Origin: an uncultured Acidimicrobiales bacterium
GTDB taxonomy: Bacteria; Actinomycetota; Acidimicrobiia; Acidimicrobiales; SZUA-35
Direction of reading: 5' to 3'
NCBI GenBank assembly: GCA_937922045.1
Contig: CAKZXA010000018.1
Coordinates: 38,279-102,278 of the forward strand
DNA length: 64,000 nt
The notes below the pieces were generated by a model. The model saw only the letters and a list, made by a program, of their open reading frames with translations, searched no databases and had not been told where the DNA came from. The position numbers and the translations under genes are program-made. Positions 56,430-64,000 of the stretch are shown here, piece after piece. Each line of letters opens with the position of its first letter. Position 1 is the stretch's first letter.

Positions 56430-57826
56430 CCGAGCCAGCGCGGATTCGTACTGGCAACGCGATGGTCGACGAGTCGACCAAGCGCTTCGACCAGAGGTAA
56501 AAGGTCCTCGTCAAAGGTCCCCCCACGGATCAGCGTGACCAGGGTTCGTTCGCTGTCGACGCCGAGTTCGGCCAGGGTTTCATCCCGAACCGAGCGCACC
56601 ATGTGTCCTCGCTCGACGTCACGGCGGGCCCCGTCGATGGCGTTGGCTGCGACCAGTAGCTGAAACCGTCGATCGGTTACAACGGCAGCGTCAGCCCTGA
56701 GCGAAGCGGCGACAGCATCAAGCATGGCCCCAACCGACGGTCGAGCGCCCCCCTCGGTTAGGCCGATGCCGAGAGCCTCACCCGGCTCGTCGGCGGCATT
56801 GTCGACCACTCCCGATCGATCGGTTGGCCCCTTTCGGCCAAGCAACCGGAGCACATCGTGCTCCTGCTCACAGATCCGGTTGCCGATGGCGAGCATTTCC
56901 ACCGATGGTCGCTCACCAGAGAAATAGCGCGAAGCCTGGAGACCACACATGACACCCCACTTCAGGGATCCGAGTAGCTCCCACCAGTCGGCGGCTGAAC
57001 GGTCGACGGGCCAGCCAGTGGTATCGGAGTAGGCGGCGTAGAAAGGCTCGCGGTCGCCGAGGCCAGCGACCGGTCGGGCCCCGCCAAAGCGCCAGGCACG
57101 AACACACGGCCAGGCCAGATCTTCATGAGGGTCGCCGCGATGCACAAGTTCCCAGTCGAGCACGGCGGTGAGACCCGACTCGTCGACGAGGAGGTTCCCG
57201 AGGCGGAAGTCTCCGTGGACGATGGTGGTTCGTTCTGGCTGAGGTTGATTGGTGGCGAGATACCGAAAGGCCAGCTCGAAGGCAGGGCTGACCAGGTCGA
57301 GTTCGTCGGCCTTCTCGCGATAGAACGACAGCTGATCAAGATCTTCGAGACCGTCGACCGCGGCCACGTCGGCACGACTGTGGAGCAGTCCCAGCGCTCG
57401 TCCGAGCTGGGCCGATAGGCCGTCGCGGGCTTCGGCGAAACGTTCGTCCCGCAGAATCTTTCGTGCGATCGACTCTCCGTCGACGACGGCGGTAATGAGG
57501 TACGAGTCGCTGATTGTGGACGCAGCCCCTCCTGCGCTGTTGTCGGCGAGAACCTTGGGGCATGGCACGCCGGCGCGGACTGCTTCTCGCATGACGGCCG
57601 CATCGGTGGCCATACCGTCGGGACGTCGCCGCTCCCCGGTTTCGACTTGGAGCACGACAGCAAGCGGTGTGCCATCGCGTTCGCGGCCGGTGATGCGATA
57701 GGTCCGTCGGCTCGCGCCTGCGGTCAGAGCCACCACCGTGTCGAGCTCAATCGGCCCGAGAGCGGCCACAGCCAGACCCTCAACCTCCGCCCGTGTCTTG
57801 GGATCGACGGCCTCGCCTGAGTCCAT
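56426..57826 (-). CDS. aminoglycoside-phosphotransferase-like (APH family) kinase fused to a DUF6285-like C-terminal domain
   Basis: 466 aa with the kinase catalytic loop HGDFRLGNLL and DWE. The C-terminal roughly 110 aa (AMLDAVAASLR...FQLLVAANAIDGARRDVE...IRGGTFDEDL...STNPRWL) resembles DUF6285 as I remember it. Confidence 0.75.
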   Translation of the reverse strand: MDSGEAVDPKTRAEVEGLAVAALGPIELDTVVALTAGASRRTYRITGRERDGTPLAVVLQVETGERRRPDGMATDAAVMREAVRAGVPCPKVLADNSAGGAASTISDSYLITAVVDGESIARKILRDERFAEARDGLSAQLGRALGLLHSRADVAAVDGLEDLDQLSFYREKADELDLVSPAFELAFRYLATNQPQPERTTIVHGDFRLGNLLVDESGLTAVLDWELVHRGDPHEDLAWPCVRAWRFGGARPVAGLGDREPFYAAYSDTTGWPVDRSAADWWELLGSLKWGVMCGLQASRYFSGERPSVEMLAIGNRICEQEHDVLRLLGRKGPTDRSGVVDNAADEPGEALGIGLTEGGARPSVGAMLDAVAASLRADAAVVTDRRFQLLVAANAIDGARRDVERGHMVRSVRDETLAELGVDSERTLVTLIRGGTFDEDLLPLVEALGRLVDHRVASTNPRWLG

Positions 57827-57835
57827 CGGGCAAGA

Positions 57836-58972
57836 CTAGTACCGAGCGCCCTCACACACCGAAGCGCTGTCGATGAAGGGGTTGATCTGGTTGCCCCGAC
57901 GACCAGCGTGAATTTCGAAATGGAGGTGAGGAATACCAGCGGCGTTGCCGTCGTCGCCTACATAGCCGATGACTTCGCCAGCGACGACCTCGCCTTGTTT
58001 TCCATAGGCCGACATATGGGTGCCGTAGTAGTAGTTGCCCTGTTCGTCCCACATCCGGAACGACCGTCCACCGACCCGGTTGTCGAAGTGCTCCACTCGA
58101 CCGTGGGTAGGAGCGACGATGGGTACCCCTGTGTCGGCGATGATGTCGACACCGCGATGGCGCCGTCCGCCCGAACGGGGAAATCCCCACGAATCGATAA
58201 ACGAGTGAGGACCGCCGACAGGACACGTCAACAGATAGAACCCTTGTTTACGCCCCAGGCTCTGAAACCAGGTCGATTTGTCGATCGAAACATCGGCAGC
58301 CATCCGCTGCAGGTTGCGTTCCTCCAACTCCGTCAAACGAGCAAGGTCGACATCGAGACCGGCCTGCAACTGATCGACTTCCGCGGCCAGCTTCTGATTT
58401 CGTTCTTGCCGAAGCCGATGAATGGCTTCGGCGATGTCGAGATCCTTCTGCTTGTTGCGGTATTCGGCAAAGATCTCGGTGTCGGCCACGAGCGCTGCAT
58501 CTCCCATCGCTTCAGCTCGAACGGCCGAGTTCAGGTTCTCGCTCTCCAACAGGTTGGTTTCGATCCTCGTTAGCTGGAAATTGGTGACCGCTCCTTCAAC
58601 CGTGTTCTCAGCGATTTTTCTCGCCTCGCCCCGAAGTTCGCCAATCTCGCTCTCCGCCCGTGCGACCGTCCGATCGTCGGCCTCCTTGAGTCGAATCACT
58701 AGCCCGAGTTCGGCTGAAGCCTCCCGCACGCGAGCCCGTGTCCCCTCGAGTCCAAGCGCAACCCTGGCTCGACGAACGGTGGCGGCATCGATGCTTTCGA
58801 TGGAACCTTCGGCCGGAGCGGTTTGACTGGAGACAGCCCCGCTGGAGCGCGACCCTACGATCGACGTACTCTCGGCGCTGACTCCAACGACAAGCATGGA
58901 GGCGGCGAGGGTAACAGCACCGGCAAGTGCGCTAGCGAGCGCGGCTGCGGTTCTTGGTCCAGAACTCCGCAC
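57836..58972 (-). CDS. secreted coiled-coil M23 (LytM-type) metallopeptidase
   Basis: 378 aa with a signal or anchor sequence and a long heptad-like region (QKLAAEVDQLQAGLDVDLARLTELEERNLQ). The M23 domain has intact HRGVD (HxxxD) and HLHFEIH (HxH). Confidence 0.85.
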   Translation of the reverse strand: MRSSGPRTAAALASALAGAVTLAASMLVVGVSAESTSIVGSRSSGAVSSQTAPAEGSIESIDAATVRRARVALGLEGTRARVREASAELGLVIRLKEADDRTVARAESEIGELRGEARKIAENTVEGAVTNFQLTRIETNLLESENLNSAVRAEAMGDAALVADTEIFAEYRNKQKDLDIAEAIHRLRQERNQKLAAEVDQLQAGLDVDLARLTELEERNLQRMAADVSIDKSTWFQSLGRKQGFYLLTCPVGGPHSFIDSWGFPRSGGRRHRGVDIIADTGVPIVAPTHGRVEHFDNRVGGRSFRMWDEQGNYYYGTHMSAYGKQGEVVAGEVIGYVGDDGNAAGIPHLHFEIHAGRRGNQINPFIDSASVCEGARY

Positions 58973-59035
58973 ACATGCAATGGTACCGGAGCATTGCGTG
59001 CACCGGTCCGATAGCGTTCTGCAGTCCGGCCCCGG

Positions 59036-60901
59036 TTAGCCGCCTACTACTGCGGCGTTCGAGGTCGATGATGCCTCTTGACCTGCGGGCGCCGTTGTCT
59101 CCGAGGCCGATGTATCCGAGACCGATGTATCCGTGGTCGTCGTTGGTGCTGACGTTTCAGTCGAGGCCATGGTCGAGCCTGTAGTCGAGACCTCGTTGTC
59201 CGACGGCGGCGCTGTCGTTTCGGGCGTCGACGTCTCGACCGATCCGTCAACGGTGGTCGACGAGGATGCATTTGTCGTGGCTGGCGCCACCGTGTCGGAG
59301 GTGGAGGAGGTGGAAGAAGGGGATTCGTCGACCAGCGTCGTCGTGGTTTCAGGCTGTTCGGTGACCACCGGCTCGTACTGTCGAGCCGGGACGATGCCCT
59401 CGGCCAGAGCCTGGCGTTCCATGGCGGAGACAACCGCCAGCAAGGGATACGGGTTGACGGCTCTGCCCCCATCGGGGTGAAGTTCCATGTGGAGATGTGG
59501 TGGTGTACCAATAGCGTTGCCGCTATTGCCGACGTAGCCCAGGAGATCTCCAGCCTCGACCACGAGCCCGTTGGTAATGCCCCCAGCGATGGAGTCAAGA
59601 TGGGCGTAGTACCACTCTGACCCGCTCTGCCCGGTAAGCCAGAGCCTGACACCGCCTAGACGGTTCGATCCCACCTTGGACAACACGCCGCGCTCGGTAG
59701 CCACAAGTGGTGTACCTCGAGGAGCGAAAATGTCGATGCCCTCGTGCCAATGCTCATCTGCGGTTCCCGGCATGCGAGGAAACCCAAAGCTGTCGATCAG
59801 GGGCAACCCGTAGGCGCCCTGTATCGGGAACACGACGCCTTCGATATAGACCTCACTTCCGGCCTTGAAGGCTTCCAGTTCTATTTGGGCCTGGTCCCGC
59901 TCTACTCGAGCCTCAAGCACCGTCGCCGTTGCATAGCCGAGCAACTCATCTACAGCAGAACTTCGCTCAAACAGGTCTTGGGCATCTTCTCCAAGAGCCG
60001 ATCGTGTCTTGTGTAGCTGTTCGATCTGCACCTCGTCGATGCGTAGAGCAGCTCGCGCCATCTGTGAACGGCGCCGTTCCTGGTCCGACCGTTCGTGGCC
60101 CTGCAAAGCATCGAGCAGGCTCGGGCCCTCGATCTCCGATTCAGTCGATCCGGCCCGGGTGAACGCCGCAATCGAGCGCCGCTTCATTCGATCGGTGGCC
60201 TCTACTGCATCGTTGTAGGTTTGTTCCGTCTCGGATTCGAGCGATGCAATGGTTACATCGAGCTGTTTGCGCCGAAGGCGAAGAGCTCTCACCTCGAGGA
60301 TATGAATGGCGAGTTGGCCTTGCAGCTCGCCATAGCGAGCCTCCGCATCGCGAACGCTGCTCCACAAGATGCCGGCACCGGTTGGATCCCCTTGACTGCC
60401 GAAGGTCTTGGCCGGTGGCACGGTCACATCGCCATCGGCGTCATCCTCGCGCTGCGCCTCGTTGACGGCTGGATCGAGCGTCGTCTCGCTCGATTCGACC
60501 GACAGTGTGGTTTCGCCTGCTGCTGACGTCGTCGTTGTCTGGTTTTCAGGTGCGCTCGAAGGTGCCTGGGTGATGTCAGCGGTAGTCGATGGTGTTTCGC
60601 CCCCCGGCGGCACCGACGTTTCGGCCACCGTTGTCTCCACCACCGAGGTTTCGGCCACCGTTGTCGACGTTGGCTCGGTCGACGGAGGAGTGGTTTCCAC
60701 GCCGGTGGTTTCTTGAGCTGTGGTTTCTGTGGCCACAGGTGTCGTTGTCGATGACGTATCGTCAGCCTGGATCGGGAGCGCCACGCTGACGGTCGGAGCC
60801 GAGACGGCGACCAGAACGAGCGACAGCGCAACCACAACGGCGAGTCGCGCCATGGTGCGAGCACCGGGAAGCCTACGTAGTGCAGCAGAGGAAGAACCCA
60901 T
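59036..60901 (-). CDS. secreted coiled-coil M23 metallopeptidase with Thr/Ser-rich N- and C-terminal tracts
   Basis: 621 aa with a signal or anchor sequence. It has a Thr-rich tract (aa about 45-135), a coiled-coil region, an M23 domain with HEGID and HLHMELH, and a Thr/Ser-rich tail of about 100 aa. Confidence 0.85.
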   Translation of the reverse strand: MGSSSAALRRLPGARTMARLAVVVALSLVLVAVSAPTVSVALPIQADDTSSTTTPVATETTAQETTGVETTPPSTEPTSTTVAETSVVETTVAETSVPPGGETPSTTADITQAPSSAPENQTTTTSAAGETTLSVESSETTLDPAVNEAQREDDADGDVTVPPAKTFGSQGDPTGAGILWSSVRDAEARYGELQGQLAIHILEVRALRLRRKQLDVTIASLESETEQTYNDAVEATDRMKRRSIAAFTRAGSTESEIEGPSLLDALQGHERSDQERRRSQMARAALRIDEVQIEQLHKTRSALGEDAQDLFERSSAVDELLGYATATVLEARVERDQAQIELEAFKAGSEVYIEGVVFPIQGAYGLPLIDSFGFPRMPGTADEHWHEGIDIFAPRGTPLVATERGVLSKVGSNRLGGVRLWLTGQSGSEWYYAHLDSIAGGITNGLVVEAGDLLGYVGNSGNAIGTPPHLHMELHPDGGRAVNPYPLLAVVSAMERQALAEGIVPARQYEPVVTEQPETTTTLVDESPSSTSSTSDTVAPATTNASSSTTVDGSVETSTPETTAPPSDNEVSTTGSTMASTETSAPTTTTDTSVSDTSASETTAPAGQEASSTSNAAVVGG

Positions 60902-60992
60902 CCCCTGTCTCGTCGACCGGAAGGCTTAGGCCTTAAGGCTCACGCTCAAACAAGGCCGCTGCTTCCCAACGTCGACGAATCAGCGGGAGAGC

Positions 60993-61781
60993 CTAAACGT
61001 GGTGAGCCTCGCCAGCGGTGAGCAGCTTGATAGTGCCAGCCGGGTCTTCCACGAGCAGGCCCCCTCCCCCATCTATTCCCGTCGCAAGGCCGGTGACGAT
61101 CTCGCCCGGCGAGCCGCCCAGGAGCTGAAACTGAACGGAGCGTCCGAGCGTGAGACACACCGACCGATAGTCATCCAAAATAGCTTCGTGCCTACCGAGC
61201 TCAAGACGGGTTAGCTGGCCTTCGGTGTGAAGTAGGTAGCTACGAAGCAGGTCGAACCGATCGATGACCTGGGCGCCCTCGGCTCCGACAACGTCGTTCA
61301 GGCCGACGGATCGAGGCTCATCGCTAACCGCATACAGGTTCACGCCCACGCCGACAACGGCGTGCAACGACGAGCCGACAGAGATCGACTCCACCAAAAT
61401 CCCCGCGAGCTTCGGCTGCGGTTCGGCGCAGACCAAGACATCGTTTGGCCACTTCAGCCCGATGGCATCTGTCGGCACACCCACATCGGCCATGGCGCCT
61501 AGCACCGAGAGCCCAGCCACGAGTGGCACCAGCGGAGCGCTGAGGGGCGAACATTCGATGACATAGGACACCAGGAGAGACTTTCCCGGCACATCGACCC
61601 AGCGGCGTTGCTGGCGGCCGCGGCCCTGATCTTGATGGTCGGTGACGAGGACTGTCGGCAGAGTTTTGCCTTCTCGTACCGCGGCGAGCAGGTCGGCATT
61701 GGTCGAACCGGTGCTGGCGACATGCACGATTCGAGAGAATCTTGTCTCATTCGGTGCCTGGAGTTCGGTTCCATCAACCAT
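60993..61781 (-). CDS. birA: biotin--[acetyl-CoA-carboxylase] ligase, class I (no N-terminal HTH)
   Basis: 262 aa with motifs STGSTNADL, DHQDQGRGRQQRRW and GLKWPNDV. An alternative in-frame GTG start lies at 61727. Confidence 0.88.
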   Translation of the reverse strand: MVDGTELQAPNETRFSRIVHVASTGSTNADLLAAVREGKTLPTVLVTDHQDQGRGRQQRRWVDVPGKSLLVSYVIECSPLSAPLVPLVAGLSVLGAMADVGVPTDAIGLKWPNDVLVCAEPQPKLAGILVESISVGSSLHAVVGVGVNLYAVSDEPRSVGLNDVVGAEGAQVIDRFDLLRSYLLHTEGQLTRLELGRHEAILDDYRSVCLTLGRSVQFQLLGGSPGEIVTGLATGIDGGGGLLVEDPAGTIKLLTAGEAHHV

Positions 61782-61801
61782 TGGCGTCTACATTAAGGCA
61801 C

Positions 61802-63556
61802 GTGTTTACCAAAGTCTTGATCGCAAACCGTGGAGAAATCGCCGTCAGGGTCATTCGAGCCTGCCAGGAGATGGGTATCGCCACGGTGGCCGTGTACTCC
61901 GAACTGGACCGGGACGCTCTCCATGTGAGGCTAGCCGACGAGGCCTTCGCCCTTGGCGGCCAGACGGCGGCCGAGAGCTACCTCAATACCGAGGCCATCA
62001 TGTCGGCCATCGATCAGAGCGGGGCCGATGCCGTTCATCCCGGTTACGGGTTCTTCAGCGAGAATGCCGACTTCGCTCGCACCATCACCGATCGTGGCGT
62101 TGCCTTCATCGGGCCACCGCCCGAGGCGATCGAGGTGATGGGCGACAAGATCAGCGCCAGAGCAGCCGCTGAACGCGTCGGTGTTCACGGCGTGCCCGGC
62201 AACACAGCCTTTCTGACCGAAGCATCCCAGGTAATCGAGTTCGGCACCGACCACGGCTGGCCGGTGGCGATCAAGGCGGCCTTCGGCGGCGGCGGACGCG
62301 GCATGAAGGTCGTCAACTCCGCCGATGAGGCCGCTGAGGCGCTCGAATCGGCCCAGCGTGAGGCGACCTCCTACTTTGGACGCGGTGAATGCTACGTCGA
62401 GCGCTACCTGACCAAACCCCGCCACATCGAGATTCAGGTCTTGTGCGATGCTCACGGCAACGCCGTCTATCTCGGTACCAGGGATTGCTCCGCTCAACGT
62501 CGCCATCAGAAGTTGATCGAAGAGGCTCCAGCCCCAGATCTGAGCGACGAGACATTCCATGCCATGGGCGAGGCCTCGGTCAAGGTGGCGAAGGGCTGCG
62601 GCTACACCAACGCTGGCACTGTCGAATTCCTCTACGAGAACGGCGAGTTTTACTACCTAGAGATGAATACGAGGCTTCAGGTTGAGCACCCGGTCACCGA
62701 GCTGGTCACGGGCATCGATTTGGTTGCTGAACAGATAAAGGTCGCCGCTGGCGAGCCTTTGGCCTTCAGCCAGGCCGACGTGGCTCTGACCGGACACGCC
62801 ATAGAGGTGCGTATCAATGCCGAGGACCCTGCTGGGGGTGCATTCCTACCGTCGCCAGGGCGGATCTCTACGCTTCGGGCCCCATCTGGCTTTGGCGTCC
62901 GCTGGGACGGCGGCTACCAGTCAGGCGACGAGGTTAGCCAGTACTACGACAACCTCGTCGGCAAGCTCGTGTGTTGGGGCCAAGATCGAGACATCGCCAT
63001 CAACCGCACGCTGCGAGCTCTTCGGGAACTCGTGGTAGAGGGTGTCGCAACCACCATTCCGGCCGACATCGCCATCCTTGATCACGCCGATTTCCGGGCG
63101 GCCGAACACTCGACGAAGTGGGTCGAGGAAGTGCTCGACTTGTCTTCCACATCATCCAAGCCGGCACCGCCCGATGAAGAGGACGAACCCAAGGTGCGTC
63201 ACAACGTCGATGTCGAGGTGAACGGCAAGCGCTTCAATGTGGCCATGTGGATGCCCGAGTCAGCGATGAGCGGCGGAGGCGCAGCGCCAGCCCGCAAACC
63301 GAAACGGCGAGCTGCCAGCGCTGGCGGAGCAGGTGGCTCAGGTTCTGGTGACGTCGTCGTACCGATGCAGGGCACCGTCGTCAAGGTCCTCGTCGAGGCC
63401 GGCCAGGAGGTCGAGGCTGGCGAAACCGTCATCGTGCTCGAAGCCATGAAGATGGAGAACAACGTGGCTGCCGAGAAGTCTGGAACCGTTAAAGAGGTCA
63501 GGGTTGAACCGGGCCAGTCGGTCAGCGGCGGCGATGTCGTCGTCGTAATCGACTAG
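61802..63556 (+). CDS. accA: acyl-CoA carboxylase alpha subunit (biotin carboxylase plus BCCP domains)
   Basis: From GTG 61802 it reads (M)FTKVLIANRGEIAVRVIRA, the canonical biotin carboxylase start. It has an ATP-grasp core and a C-terminal biotinyl domain with EAMKMEN. The track's ATG 61742 would overlap birA by 40 nt. The symbol follows actinobacterial usage. Confidence 0.93.
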   Translation: MFTKVLIANRGEIAVRVIRACQEMGIATVAVYSELDRDALHVRLADEAFALGGQTAAESYLNTEAIMSAIDQSGADAVHPGYGFFSENADFARTITDRGVAFIGPPPEAIEVMGDKISARAAAERVGVHGVPGNTAFLTEASQVIEFGTDHGWPVAIKAAFGGGGRGMKVVNSADEAAEALESAQREATSYFGRGECYVERYLTKPRHIEIQVLCDAHGNAVYLGTRDCSAQRRHQKLIEEAPAPDLSDETFHAMGEASVKVAKGCGYTNAGTVEFLYENGEFYYLEMNTRLQVEHPVTELVTGIDLVAEQIKVAAGEPLAFSQADVALTGHAIEVRINAEDPAGGAFLPSPGRISTLRAPSGFGVRWDGGYQSGDEVSQYYDNLVGKLVCWGQDRDIAINRTLRALRELVVEGVATTIPADIAILDHADFRAAEHSTKWVEEVLDLSSTSSKPAPPDEEDEPKVRHNVDVEVNGKRFNVAMWMPESAMSGGGAAPARKPKRRAASAGGAGGSGSGDVVVPMQGTVVKVLVEAGQEVEAGETVIVLEAMKMENNVAAEKSGTVKEVRVEPGQSVSGGDVVVVID

Positions 63557-63999
63557 CTGACGCCAGCCACTTCGTCATCGTTGGGTTCTACCAGCCGAAC
63601 GGGAACCGAAACTCGTGACCTGAGGTGTTCGATCAGATCGTTGACGCTTCCATGCCCGGCAAGCGGCACGGGGGCACCGATCAGTAGCTCGGTCTCCCCG
63701 ACCGTTTTGACGACTTCGGCAGCCTCGTCGGCCACATCACCGGCGCGTACCAAAACGCGGACCGGAACATCGTCGACACCGACCTGTGACTTTGTGAGCT
63801 CAACCTGGGCATCGAGCAACCAGGCCAACTCATCGGCGGCGAGGGCAAGGGTCGTCTCGTCGATGTCGGAGAACGTCGAGTCGTCGAGAATGGCGAGATA
63901 CAACAAGCCCTTGTCTGCGGCCGAGGCTTCAGCCAAGGCGCTCCGCAACGTTGCGGCACGACCGGTGCCGCCCCACGAGATATAGACGAGCTCAGTCAT
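63553..63999 (-). CDS. universal-stress-protein-like (adenine nucleotide alpha-hydrolase fold) protein
   Basis: 148 aa with an alternating beta-alpha pattern, ending in IGAPVPLAGHGSVNDLIEHL...VPVRLV, which resembles the USP C-terminal region. The assignment is weak. Confidence 0.5.
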   Translation of the reverse strand: MTELVYISWGGTGRAATLRSALAEASAADKGLLYLAILDDSTFSDIDETTLALAADELAWLLDAQVELTKSQVGVDDVPVRVLVRAGDVADEAAEVVKTVGETELLIGAPVPLAGHGSVNDLIEHLRSRVSVPVRLVEPNDDEVAGVS

Positions 64000-64000
64000 C

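Noticed and set aside
58973-59035. Cyclic-di-AMP (ydaO-type) riboswitch upstream of the M23 cell-wall hydrolase genes (also 60902..60992)
   Set aside because: Such riboswitches precede some actinobacterial wall hydrolases. These spacers are only 63 and 91 nt, shorter than the element, and show no pseudo-two-fold ACGGGG-type motifs.

Overview
This is a GC-rich, very gene-dense window with about 60 CDS. All but five genes are on the minus strand, and many are joined by 1-4 nt start/stop overlaps. It reads as core chromosome of an Actinomycetota genome. The lineage markers are mIHF, the PimA / PIM-acyltransferase / PI-phosphate synthase cluster, MshC, an InhA-like FabI, a bifunctional Rel and a class-I BirA. 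Acidic Thr/Asp-rich linkers in many envelope proteins hint at an Acidimicrobiia-like or marine lineage, which is inference only.

Gene order, read along the minus strand from right to left, falls into four stretches:
- USP-like gene, then accA (+) facing birA, two M23 peptidases, an APH-like kinase, fabI (+) and mshC.
- thrS, HIT, a membrane ORF, the PI synthase, the PIM acyltransferase, pimA, an M48-like gene, a DUF3048 gene, pdxS-pdxT and yebC.
- An ABC-2 exporter pair (+), then ruvCAB, queA-tgt, yajC-secDF, rel, hisS-aspS, one acidic orphan (+), rarA, DUF948 and a hypothetical.
- alaS-ruvX-mltG-aroE, a DUF4388 protein, a prepilin peptidase, the aroK-like/aroB fusion, pepQ-efp-nusB, a CAP-domain protein, a crotonase, pyrR-pyrB-pyrC-carA-carB-pyrD-pyrF, and mihF-gmk-rpoZ-coaBC-metK.

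I saw no rRNA, tRNA, CRISPR array, transposase, integrase, prophage or recognisable defence gene. I do not find a convincing self-contained novel system. The points most worth follow-up are local oddities:
- A DUF4388/PATAN-like protein sits next to an orphan A24 prepilin peptidase inside the aro gene string.
- A translationally coupled pair combines an M48-like protein that has lost both HExxH histidines with a DUF3048 protein.
- An otherwise canonical Tgt has its CxCxxC zinc-site cysteines all replaced.
- A decayed shikimate-kinase module is fused to AroB.
- Two tandem coiled-coil M23 peptidases carry Thr-rich tails.

All family assignments come from motif recognition by eye and need HMM or BLAST confirmation. 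Several ORF-track starts were shortened where the extension overlaps the upstream gene.
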